Assembly: GCA_963803705.1 (NCBI GenBank)
Contig: CAWDNU010000001.1
Location: 352,001 to 416,000, forward strand
Direction of reading: 5' to 3'
Length of the DNA stretch: 64,000 nucleotides
Source: an uncultured Pseudobdellovibrionaceae bacterium
Lineage (GTDB): Bacteria; Bdellovibrionota; Bdellovibrionia; Bdellovibrionales; UBA1609
Numbering within the stretch: the stretch's first letter is position 1; each line of letters starts with the position of its first letter. Shown piece by piece: positions 55,144 to 64,000 of this stretch. The notes beneath the pieces are model-generated. The model was not told the origin of the DNA and did no database searches. It saw only the letters and a list, made by a program, of their open reading frames with translations. The position numbers were made by a program, and so were the translations under genes.

Positions 55144-55956
55144 TTAACCGTCTTTCAAAAATTGACTGAGCTTGGTGCATTTATCAAGAACGATTTTAAA
55201 CTGCTTTAAATCTAAAGCTTGGTCTTTATCTGATAGTGCTTCACTGGGATTGTTATGGACCTCAATGATCAGACCATTTGCTCCAGCGGCTATTGAAGCT
55301 AATGCTGCTTGCTCAACCAGGTCAGAACGTCCTGTGCCATGGGAAGGGTCTGATACGATCGGATACTTACAAAAATTGTTTGCGTATGCGATAGCATTAA
55401 CATCTAAAGTATTTCGTGTTTTGGTTTCAAAAGTGCGAATGCCACGTTCGCACATGATCACTGAACTGTTACCGCCTTTTTCTAAATATTCAGAGGCGTG
55501 GATCCACTCGTCAATAGTGGCGGAAAAGGCTCTTTTCAACAAAACTGGAAGTTTTTGCTGCCCAAGTTCTTTTAGCAGATCATAGTTGTACATATTTCGT
55601 GCTCCAACTTGAAAACAATCCACCACTTCAGACATCTCTTCAATTTGACGTGGATCAGTAACTTCGCTGATAAATCCCATCTTAAGATGCTTTTTAACTT
55701 CTACAGCCCATGGATATGCCACTTTGCCATGTCCTTGAAATGTATCTGGCCGAGTTCTTAGTTTATATAAACCACCTCGAAGCGTTTTTATGCCCAAGGC
55801 TTGCAACTGTTCGGCGATATTAAAGAATTGCTCTTTTGATTCGATTGAACATGGCCCTGCAATCACATTGAAATCATTGGTAAAATTAGCATTTAGGACT
55901 TTTACTAAAGTTTTATCGACTGTGGGGTATGTTTTGGTAGTGGTGTCAGCGTTCAT
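55144..55956 (-). CDS. aroF: DAHP synthase, class I-beta, catalytic domain only
   Basis: IAGPCSIES, QVGARNM, CERGIRTF, DPSHGTG. Confidence 0.9.
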   Translation of the reverse strand: MNADTTTKTYPTVDKTLVKVLNANFTNDFNVIAGPCSIESKEQFFNIAEQLQALGIKTLRGGLYKLRTRPDTFQGHGKVAYPWAVEVKKHLKMGFISEVTDPRQIEEMSEVVDCFQVGARNMYNYDLLKELGQQKLPVLLKRAFSATIDEWIHASEYLEKGGNSSVIMCERGIRTFETKTRNTLDVNAIAYANNFCKYPIVSDPSHGTGRSDLVEQAALASIAAGANGLIIEVHNNPSEALSDKDQALDLKQFKIVLDKCTKLSQFLKDG

Positions 55957-56119
55957 TTTTATCCTTATCGAGCTATGTGAAGTTAGCTACTATTTCGTCG
56001 ATTGTCTGCATAAATTCTTGGATTTGGGTTTCATTTTCATGTTTAGCGTTTAATTTCCATTAAATTCCTATATAACTAAAACCTAAGAAATAATTCAAAA
56101 GTTTTGGGCGGCAACTAAC

Positions 56120-57124
56120 ATGGAAAATTTTTTGAAAAATGGCGCGGTTATTTCTTTAAGTGATCAAAAAACTTTTTTTGCCTCCGAGTTTGTTGTTGAT
56201 GAAGATTTGACCGTTCCCTATTTTTTAGCGCCTAAGTTCGACTTGAAAAATTTGAATTTAGCTCACCATCCAAAGTTTCTTACCCCTGAGATACCTTTGT
56301 CAGTGCTTGAGGCCGCTGAGAACACGGAATTTATATCTTTTGATTGGGTCGGACAGTGGGCTGAATATAAATCAAGCTACGATATAACATTAAGTGAACT
56401 TAAGGCCGGCAATCTTAAGAAAGCTGTACCTTTTGTGGAATTTCAAACAAAGAAACCCAAAGATTTTAATCAAAATTTCTTACCGCAAATTTTGAATAAA
56501 CTATTGAAAGGGCAGAGCATGGACCAGTTCGTTTATGGGCATTGGTCCGATGAAAGTGGTTTTGTTGGGTTAACTCCAGAAATTTTACTGCAGAAGAAAA
56601 CTAAACATAAATACTGCACTATTGCCCTCGCAGGGACTTTACCATCTACCGACCTTACAAATATGTTGGACGATGAAAAACTTTTCCAAGAGCATCAGTT
56701 CGTAGTTAGAAGTATTTCAGAAAGTTTAAGAGATCAAAATTTAACTTGGAGCCTACCTTCAGAGAAGAACTACGGCATTTTAAAGCACCTCTATGCTGAG
56801 GCTAAATTCGAATCTGGTCTTACAATACAACAGCTTGTTTCTCGACTTTCACCTACATCAGCAGTAGGTGTTTACCCCTCTGAATTATGGCCTAGCCAAG
56901 ATCAAATACTTAGAAGTGAACTGCGAGGATCTTTCGGAGCCCCATTTGGATTTGTGACCTTAGATGAAGCCCAAATTTTAATCTGTTTGAGAGGCTTATT
57001 TTGGGATAAAACTTATTTACGCGTGTTCGTTGGCGGCGGTATTACAGCTAAAAGTGATTTCAATACTGAAGTGCAAGAATTAGAGCTAAAGTTCAAAAGC
57101 ACTAAACTAAAACTAGGTTTCTAA
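56120..57124 (+). CDS. menF: Isochorismate synthase
   Basis: GLTPE.L, ALAGT, EHQFVV, LSPTSAVG, GGGIT, E.ELK; first gene of the men operon. Confidence 0.85.
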   Translation: MENFLKNGAVISLSDQKTFFASEFVVDEDLTVPYFLAPKFDLKNLNLAHHPKFLTPEIPLSVLEAAENTEFISFDWVGQWAEYKSSYDITLSELKAGNLKKAVPFVEFQTKKPKDFNQNFLPQILNKLLKGQSMDQFVYGHWSDESGFVGLTPEILLQKKTKHKYCTIALAGTLPSTDLTNMLDDEKLFQEHQFVVRSISESLRDQNLTWSLPSEKNYGILKHLYAEAKFESGLTIQQLVSRLSPTSAVGVYPSELWPSQDQILRSELRGSFGAPFGFVTLDEAQILICLRGLFWDKTYLRVFVGGGITAKSDFNTEVQELELKFKSTKLKLGF

Positions 57125-57126
57125 TT

Positions 57127-58680
57127 ATGACAAATGTTTTTAGAGCGAAAAAACTTCTACAAAAGCTTATTGCTTTGGGAGTTAAAGATTACGTAATATG
57201 TCCAGGGGGCAGAAATGCTCCCTTCGTCAAGGCCTTGGGCTCGTATAAAGGCGATGCGATTAAAGTGCATTGGGGCTTTGAAGAACGATCAGCCTCATTT
57301 TTTGCATTGGGTTTGTCCTTAAAAAATAACGACCCTGTTGCTATCTTTACCACTTCGGGCACTGCATTCGTAGAGACATCCTCTGCGCTCTTAGAGGCCC
57401 ACTATTCAGGACAGCCCTTGATAGTGATTAGTTCGGACAGACCCAAACGGCTGTGGGGGACTGGGGCTCCTCAAACCATGGTTCAGAAGGATTTTCTAAA
57501 GTCTCACTTAGGACCAAGCGTTGACGAATCTTTCGATTACAGTTCTGTTAGCTATCCTCTGCATATCAACTGTGTTTTTGATGAGCCACTAATAGATGAA
57601 GTTTCTGGAGATTGGACTTCGGCACTAAAAGTTGAAAATTTTGAAAGTAAAAATGCCCTCAATTTAAATACTTACAAATTTGAGTTTGCAAATTATGAAT
57701 TTGAAAAAATTAAAAATCTAATCAAGTATGATAAAAAGAAAAAAGTAAAAGTGCTGTGTTTACTTAGTGGCCTTAATAAAAGCTTCAAAAATTCAATTTC
57801 AAACAATATTTCTAATATTCCTGTTGATTTTTATTTTGAATCTACGGGGGAAATACAATCTCATAGTAGCCAGCTTAATTCTGTATTCTTGAAAGACACT
57901 GACGTTCTAGAAACTTACGATCTTATAGTTCGGGTAGGAGCAATTCCAATTCATAGAATTTGGAGAGACATTGAAACCAGAGAGTTTAAAAAAGTAATTC
58001 ATTTTTCAAGGCTTCCCCTGCCTGGCCTTGCCCATGGGGAGGTTTTTAGTTTAGCAAATTTTCATCTTTTTTTGAAAGACCTCATGAGTTTAAATTTAGA
58101 AAAAAATTTTAATAACGCTATGAGAAACTGTGGTTCAATCAGCCAAGAGCAAAAATTTTATGCTCTGCTTAAAGAGAAGTGCTCAACCTTGAGTAAAAAA
58201 ATTGATAGCGCCAACCAAGAGTCGAATCCTGTTTTTTACCTTGGAAATAGCACGCCTGTAAGGTTCTGGGATCTAGATAAAACTATTAAGTTTGATGAGG
58301 TTTACGCATCTAGAGGTTTAAATGGAATTGATGGCCAATTGTCTACTGCAATTGGTTTGTCATTGAAGTCAGAAAATCAGAAGACTATTGCAATTTTAGG
58401 TGACTTAACTACGCTATATGACCTAGCAGCCCCATGGTATTGGGCTAAATTATATGCAAAGTTAAATTTAACCCTGATAATCGTAAACAACTCGGGTGGG
58501 CAAATTTTTACTGAAATTTTTGGCGATAAAAATTTTTTAAATTCTCATAATCTAAAATTCGTCAATTGGGCCAAAATGTGGAACTTAAGTTATTCGAAAA
58601 TTCATTCAATCGAAGAACTCAGTAAAGATTTTGATAGTTGGCCAGATGTAGTGGAGCTGGAAATACATGGACCATATTAG
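57127..58680 (+). CDS. menD: SEPHCHC synthase
   Basis: CPGGRNAP, EERSASFFALG, TTSGTA, SRGLNGIDG, GDL, NNSGGQIF. Confidence 0.93.
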   Translation: MTNVFRAKKLLQKLIALGVKDYVICPGGRNAPFVKALGSYKGDAIKVHWGFEERSASFFALGLSLKNNDPVAIFTTSGTAFVETSSALLEAHYSGQPLIVISSDRPKRLWGTGAPQTMVQKDFLKSHLGPSVDESFDYSSVSYPLHINCVFDEPLIDEVSGDWTSALKVENFESKNALNLNTYKFEFANYEFEKIKNLIKYDKKKKVKVLCLLSGLNKSFKNSISNNISNIPVDFYFESTGEIQSHSSQLNSVFLKDTDVLETYDLIVRVGAIPIHRIWRDIETREFKKVIHFSRLPLPGLAHGEVFSLANFHLFLKDLMSLNLEKNFNNAMRNCGSISQEQKFYALLKEKCSTLSKKIDSANQESNPVFYLGNSTPVRFWDLDKTIKFDEVYASRGLNGIDGQLSTAIGLSLKSENQKTIAILGDLTTLYDLAAPWYWAKLYAKLNLTLIIVNNSGGQIFTEIFGDKNFLNSHNLKFVNWAKMWNLSYSKIHSIEELSKDFDSWPDVVELEIHGPY

Positions 58681-59428
58681 AACACACGCGATCGCACTGC
58701 ATGGCTTTTTGGGATCAAAAGAAGACTTTTCTTTTTTGAGCACTAAGATTCCAACGTTTTTTGTTGATCTGGCTCCTGCAATTTTCAAAGAAAACCAATT
58801 TGAGTCCTTTGATCAGATGAAAGCTCGAGTCTTGAAAGATATCGAAACAGAAATTAGACGATTGCGCGGCTCCACAGAAGAAATTGTAATTTTTAGTTAT
58901 TCAATGGGAAGTAAATTCGTCTTTTCAATAATAAAAAGTATCTTGAATCTGAACTCTGAAGCTAATTTGAAATTTGTTTTTATATCCACCCATTTTGGGA
59001 TTTACGAAACAGAGATTGAAAAAAAAACAGAATTAAAATTTAGAGACGACATGAATACAACATTTTTAACACTTTTAGAAAGCCTTTCAAAAAAGCAATT
59101 TTTAGAGAAATGGTCCATGCTTCCTCTTTTTTCAAACGATCAAAGGCTTGAATCAAACTGGTCGCTTGAGCAAATCAGTCATTATTTTAAATTTATTAAT
59201 AAAAGCCAATTGCTAAACGATTTAGTTGAAATTTTAAAACAGTTAAATGCTCTTGTGGTATATGGGTCTGATGACTTAAAATATAAAACCCAAGCACTAA
59301 GTTTAAAAACTAAATTAGGTCCACTTTGTCAGGTAAAATTTATGGAAATTGCTGGTCGAAGTCACAGGCTGTTAGAAAACTCTGACCTTAATCAAATTTT
59401 AGGCTCTCAGTTTTTCTCAAGTAAATAA
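58667..59428 (+). CDS. menH: SHCHC synthase-like alpha/beta hydrolase
   Basis: LHGFLG, YSMG, W..LPLF, G..DLKY; position after menD. Confidence 0.75.
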   Translation: MDHIRTHAIALHGFLGSKEDFSFLSTKIPTFFVDLAPAIFKENQFESFDQMKARVLKDIETEIRRLRGSTEEIVIFSYSMGSKFVFSIIKSILNLNSEANLKFVFISTHFGIYETEIEKKTELKFRDDMNTTFLTLLESLSKKQFLEKWSMLPLFSNDQRLESNWSLEQISHYFKFINKSQLLNDLVEILKQLNALVVYGSDDLKYKTQALSLKTKLGPLCQVKFMEIAGRSHRLLENSDLNQILGSQFFSSK

Positions 59429-59439
59429 GGATTAGTAAA

Positions 59440-60327
59440 GTGAATTTAAAAACGCTAGTACTGGCATCTAGGCCTCAGACTCTAACCGCTATTTTAGGTC
59501 CCATTCTGGTAGCAAATTTTTTAGCTTTGAAACTGTCTCCAGAAACCTATGAATTTATATACCTATTTCCTATTTTAATTGCGGGGCTTGCCATACAGAT
59601 AGCAACAAATCTTTTCAACGATTACATAGATGCTTCCAGAGACGGTGATAAGCAGGATAGGTTAGGGCCCATAAGAGTAACATCCTCTGCAATGGTTGAC
59701 GCTGCCACAGTAAGACGTTGGGCAATTTGCTTTTGCGCTCTGGCACTTTTAGCTGGACTACCCATAGTGCTAAAAACTGGATGGTTGTTTGTGATGCTTG
59801 GCCTTACCAGCATCTTACTGTCTTATCTATACACTGCCACTCGCTTCTCGCTTGCATATACTGGAATTGCAGACTTCTTTGTAATATTCTTTTTTGGTGG
59901 ATTCGCGGTTTGGGGAAGTTATTATACATTAACATTAAGATTTGATATCTTCCCTTTTTTGCTTGGACTTCAGTTAGGATGTTTATGTGATATTCTATTG
60001 ATGGTTAATAATTTAAGGGACGAAAAACAAGATATTTTAAACCATAAAAAGACTATTATTGTAAGATTCGGACGAGCCGTGGGGATCGCAAGTTATTTTA
60101 TATTAATATTCGCTGGGTTTTTAGGTACTTTTTTTTGGCCTGCTAAAATTTACGATCTAGGATTTTTAATTATTGCAGCACCTTGGTTTCTAATTAATAT
60201 ATATTTATGGAACTGGGTCAGACGCCACGATCCAAGTCAGGATTATAATAAAATTTTAAAATACGCGAGCTTAACTTACTTTGGATTTTGTCTTTCAATT
60301 TGTGCAGGGCTCTTGCTTAATATTTAA
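59440..60327 (+). CDS. menA: 1,4-dihydroxy-2-naphthoate prenyltransferase
   Basis: RPQTL, NLFNDYID, NNLRD..D...KKT; multiple TMs. Confidence 0.93.
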   Translation: MNLKTLVLASRPQTLTAILGPILVANFLALKLSPETYEFIYLFPILIAGLAIQIATNLFNDYIDASRDGDKQDRLGPIRVTSSAMVDAATVRRWAICFCALALLAGLPIVLKTGWLFVMLGLTSILLSYLYTATRFSLAYTGIADFFVIFFFGGFAVWGSYYTLTLRFDIFPFLLGLQLGCLCDILLMVNNLRDEKQDILNHKKTIIVRFGRAVGIASYFILIFAGFLGTFFWPAKIYDLGFLIIAAPWFLINIYLWNWVRRHDPSQDYNKILKYASLTYFGFCLSICAGLLLNI

Positions 60328-60373
60328 GTGATAGCTTTAAGTCTTTAACCTTAGACCGGAGAAACTTTTAACA

Positions 60374-61408
60374 TTGAATCCCTTATTTTATAAAATCTTT
60401 AAACTGTCACCGAGTTCTGCAATTAATTCTCGTCACGGAATTGAAAAAGAAGTTCAACCTATCGAGGGCATGATATTTAAGTTAAAATATGGATTTTTTG
60501 ATTTGTACACTAGTATGACTCTTCACCAAGCATTAGGTGATTCTGATATCGAGCAATTTATAGAAAATATTAAAACTAGTTTACCCCGGGTGATTCAATT
60601 GAATATGAAGGAAGAGTACAAATTAAAAAAAAATTGCAAATCCTTTAGAAGTATTTTAGATGAAAATTTGAAAACTCATGCCACAATTCAAAAACAATCA
60701 TCCGCTAAAGTAGATCTAGAGGTAGCGGCTAAATTTTACGAAAAAGGTTTCAAAAGAATAAAATTTAAAACTGATATAAGTTTTTTTAATAACCACACAG
60801 AATATTTAAATTTATTGACTAAAAATAAAGATTTAGAAATAATTTTTGATTTCAACAGCAGTGCTACTGCTCAAGATTTTGAAGGGATGAATTGGCCTTC
60901 AGAAATCATAGAGCGGTCATACTGGGAGGACCCAATCAGCCTTGATTCTGCAGCGGGTTTGCTGCAGCTTAAAAATTTAGGTTACAAATTAATTCTGGAT
61001 CAAAAAAACATGGCCAATTATCAAGAATTAAAGCCACTGATACCTTTGTTCGATATTGTAGCGGTCAAGCCAACAAAAGAATCAGTTATTGAGATCTCTA
61101 AGGTTTTTCCAAAAACAAAGCTTATGATAACTACCAATATGGGCGATGAATTAGATCACGTAATATCTGCATATTGGGCGAATTATGTTTACAAAAATTT
61201 TAGTGCGCGATTCTTTGGTGCTGGTTTGTATACTAGACATTTTTTTACAGATTCGTCTTTGGACTATTCCGCCTATGACAAAGAATCGGAACCAATGGTG
61301 AAGGCATCTTTTGCAGTATCCACCGACACGGCCTTTGGTTGGGGTTTGGACGATCAACTTTCGAAGCTTGAATGGACTTTTCTTAAGGATACGGATTTTG
61401 AATTTTGA
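60374..61408 (+). CDS. menC: o-Succinylbenzoate synthase-like enolase-superfamily protein
   Basis: KFK, DFN, EDP, LD, KP motifs; operon context. Confidence 0.75.
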   Translation: MNPLFYKIFKLSPSSAINSRHGIEKEVQPIEGMIFKLKYGFFDLYTSMTLHQALGDSDIEQFIENIKTSLPRVIQLNMKEEYKLKKNCKSFRSILDENLKTHATIQKQSSAKVDLEVAAKFYEKGFKRIKFKTDISFFNNHTEYLNLLTKNKDLEIIFDFNSSATAQDFEGMNWPSEIIERSYWEDPISLDSAAGLLQLKNLGYKLILDQKNMANYQELKPLIPLFDIVAVKPTKESVIEISKVFPKTKLMITTNMGDELDHVISAYWANYVYKNFSARFFGAGLYTRHFFTDSSLDYSAYDKESEPMVKASFAVSTDTAFGWGLDDQLSKLEWTFLKDTDFEF

Positions 61409-62597
61409 TGATTTTAAAAATAGTTTTCTAAAAAATATATACCATTTGGAAAATGAGATATTTTGTATTTTTGATGTCAGTGAATTTGATGCTAAGAGTA
61501 TTTCTCAATTATGTAAAAGGGCCTCTGAACTTGTAGGGGAGGGATTTATTTTTCAAACCTCTGGAACGACTGGGGTAAGGAAGTTTGTGCTCCATGATTT
61601 TGATTCCATTTTCTGTTCAGGATTAAATATTAATAGATGGTCAAATGTAAACTCTAAGGATATTTTTATTTCTCCTATTTCCCTATTTCACATGGGCGGC
61701 TTCAGTGTATTGGCTAGAGCAATTATAGCTAATGCAGACGAGGCTACTATTTTAGATAGCTGGAGTCTAAGTGAATTTATAAGACTTATTGAAGAATCCT
61801 CTGCGACTACGACTTCACTTGTTCCTTCGTTGATTTATCAGATAGTGCAATCAAAACAAATTTGTCCAAAAACTTTAAAAGTAGTTTACGTGGGTGGTGC
61901 ACCTTTAAGTTTGGAACTATACGAATCTGCTTTAAAGCTCAAATGGCCATTGGTTAGGACTTTTGGATCTTCTGAAGCTTGTTCTCAAATTTTCACCCAG
62001 TACGATGTGTTAGACAATAAATTATATTTGTTGCCCCATTGGGAGGTGAAAACTGATAGCGAAGACTATCTACTAATAAAAGGTCTAGCACTATTTAAGG
62101 GTTATCTGACTTTAGCCGATTCAGCTGTTAGTTATAGCCCAGTCTGTTTGGATAGTGCTGGGTTCTTCAAAACTGAAGATCGTATTAAGCTTAAGCCCAC
62201 CGCAGGTGAGGATGAGCAACTCGACTACAGCATCACCGATCAAGCAGTGGTTAAACGACGCCCACCTTTTTCCATCCAAACTTTTTTGGGCCGAGCCAAT
62301 GACCTTATTAAAGTAAATGCAAGTTTAGTTAACTTAAGTGAGCTTAGGTCAGAATTCCACGACTTCTGCCTAGTAGATCAGATAAGTCCTGAGCACAATT
62401 TTATTTCAGCGCAGAAAGATTTGAAAGGTGGATATCGGCTAGTTGTAAATTCAGACCAGGTTTCCAATCTCTTAGCTTCCAAAATCAGATTATGGAATAA
62501 AGACAGGCCGTCAGAAAAAAGGATAAGTGGAATTTATTTTATTGATGAAATATCAAAGACTGAACTTGGAAAAGTTAAGTATAGCAATTTATTTTGA
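61311..62597 (+). CDS. menE: o-Succinylbenzoate-CoA ligase (start uncertain)
   Basis: TSGTTG, FHMGG, VGGA, TFGSSE, GRANDLIK, LGK. Confidence 0.85.
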   Translation: MQYPPTRPLVGVWTINFRSLNGLFLRIRILNFDDFKNSFLKNIYHLENEIFCIFDVSEFDAKSISQLCKRASELVGEGFIFQTSGTTGVRKFVLHDFDSIFCSGLNINRWSNVNSKDIFISPISLFHMGGFSVLARAIIANADEATILDSWSLSEFIRLIEESSATTTSLVPSLIYQIVQSKQICPKTLKVVYVGGAPLSLELYESALKLKWPLVRTFGSSEACSQIFTQYDVLDNKLYLLPHWEVKTDSEDYLLIKGLALFKGYLTLADSAVSYSPVCLDSAGFFKTEDRIKLKPTAGEDEQLDYSITDQAVVKRRPPFSIQTFLGRANDLIKVNASLVNLSELRSEFHDFCLVDQISPEHNFISAQKDLKGGYRLVVNSDQVSNLLASKIRLWNKDRPSEKRISGIYFIDEISKTELGKVKYSNLF

Positions 62598-62623
62598 AAA
62601 CCAGATCAAGCGTTAAAAATTGA

Positions 62624-63772
62624 TTAAGCGGCTTTAGGCATAACAACGTTTCTACCAGCCTGCTTTGCAAAAAATAGATTTTCTGCAGCATCCTTCAAAC
62701 CCTTTTCTATAGAGTTGTTTTCGTTACTCAGTTTTACTTCAGTTGCGCCAACGCTAATAGTAATATTTAGACTTTTAGATTCTCCATTTCCCATGTTTTC
62801 TGCAGCCACTATTCCTCGTAACCTGTCCGCTAAAAGAACAGCCTGAGAAATATTAGTCTCAGGTAATAGCACAGCGAACTCACCGCCGCTTATTCGTCCT
62901 ACAAAGTCTATATTTCTTACGTTGTTGCTCAGGCATTTCGCAAACGAAACAAGCATTTTATCTCCGTTATTGTGACCTTGTTTGTCATTAAAGCTTTTGA
63001 AATGATCGATATCAATCAGCAGTAAAGATAGCGGACGGCTATAACGGCGTGACCTAAACACTTCAATTTCACCATTTTGAATAAACTTTTTCCTGTTTAA
63101 AAGTTTGGTCAACATGTCTACGTGCTGTGCTTCAGCAAGCAAGCTTTCAGAGCTGCTAAGATTTTTCAAGGTAGGTTTTAAAATGCCAAAGGTATAGATA
63201 CCAATGATCAACAGAAGTGAGAAACCAAGAAGTAACTGAGTTACAACAAGTAAGGATCTGCTTTTTTTTAAATTCTTTTGATACTCAATTTCTAGTAGGT
63301 CGAAAGACTCTAAAAGTTTCAAGTTTGATTGAGCTATAACTTTGTTGAAGTAAACTCTTGATTTTCTTGATCTCAACGAAGTTTTTAAGAATTTATCTAC
63401 GCTTTCCAAATATATTTCAATTTGGTTATTAAATGAAACGCCAGTTCCATGGTAAATACTTTTTAGATTTGATTTAGGAATTACAGAGGTATTATAGACC
63501 CCCAACAGTGCTTCGTTATTCTCTTTGAACTCTTGAATTGTCACTTTCAGATCCTCAAGCACAGATTTGTTTCTCATCATATATTGGGATGATAGGCTAG
63601 AGATGCGTTGAGTTAACATATTTTGTTTATCTATTTTTTGGATTGCTGAATTCACTTTAGACTGATGGTCTAGATATTTGTATGTGATTGAGCCGGAAAT
63701 TAAAAGAAGACCAAATACTATAACAAAAGACCCATAATAGTTTTTGGTCAAAAAGGAAATAAAACTCTTCAT
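62624..63772 (-). CDS. Membrane GGDEF-domain protein with degenerate active site
   Basis: Two TMs; QNMLTQRI PilJ/NarX-like sensor; D.LTKLLNR, DIDHFK..ND..GH..GD; SGGEF in place of GG(D/E)EF. Confidence 0.88.
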   Translation of the reverse strand: MKSFISFLTKNYYGSFVIVFGLLLISGSITYKYLDHQSKVNSAIQKIDKQNMLTQRISSLSSQYMMRNKSVLEDLKVTIQEFKENNEALLGVYNTSVIPKSNLKSIYHGTGVSFNNQIEIYLESVDKFLKTSLRSRKSRVYFNKVIAQSNLKLLESFDLLEIEYQKNLKKSRSLLVVTQLLLGFSLLLIIGIYTFGILKPTLKNLSSSESLLAEAQHVDMLTKLLNRKKFIQNGEIEVFRSRRYSRPLSLLLIDIDHFKSFNDKQGHNNGDKMLVSFAKCLSNNVRNIDFVGRISGGEFAVLLPETNISQAVLLADRLRGIVAAENMGNGESKSLNITISVGATEVKLSNENNSIEKGLKDAAENLFFAKQAGRNVVMPKAA

Positions 63773-63809
63773 ATTGTTCCCAACTTCTGTAAATTTTGAA
63801 TACTATTCT

Positions 63810-63836
63810 TTTTCGGTCTATTATATTTTTTATTTA
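63810..63836 (-). promoter_or_regulatory. Sigma28-like promoter
   Basis: Minus strand TAAA-N15-ACCGAAAA, 37 nt upstream of the GGDEF gene ATG. Confidence 0.5.
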
Positions 63837-64000
63837 ATGGTATTTATTGGGAAATTTTGAATTTTTGCGCAGAATCAAGTTAATTGCTCCTGTTTTAACA
63901 GTTTCTTAAGCTATAACGGTTTTAACTTAAGTGTTTTTGTTAGAATTATGAATGATTGCGTATGTGTTGTGATATCATCCAAATATGGCGCGATATTTTT

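Overview
AT-rich bacterial chromosomal window. Gene content and order (PrkA-YeaH-SpoVR, PhaR-like regulator, DUF4105/DUF3015, cytochrome c plus Tat-protein pair, many secreted orphans) suggest a Bdellovibrionota-like predator; this is inference. Housekeeping blocks: uvrA (partial), PBP1A, xseA-xseB-ispA-tlyA (no dxs), pepP, glpD-mreB, prkA-yeaH-spoVR, msrAB, a histidine kinase/NtrC pair, ileS-lspA-lgt (heavily frameshifted, probably consensus errors), menG-aroF-menFDHACE and a degenerate GGDEF protein. Features missed by the ORF track: (i) a BrnT-type toxin split by a 125-bp MITE-like palindrome, whose removal restores an 86-aa ORF; (ii) a decayed accessory region (29.2-33.1 kb) in which two Xer/dif-like sites bracket a truncated toxin plus XRE antitoxin module, one site lying at the toxin breakpoint; (iii) three sigma28/FliA-like promoters whose -10 box ends exactly 7 nt before the ATG, suggesting a leaderless FliA regulon; (iv) a 132-bp nested hairpin with 37-bp perfect arms; (v) three short GC-rich tandem hairpin arrays. 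No rRNA, tRNA or CRISPR array was recognised.
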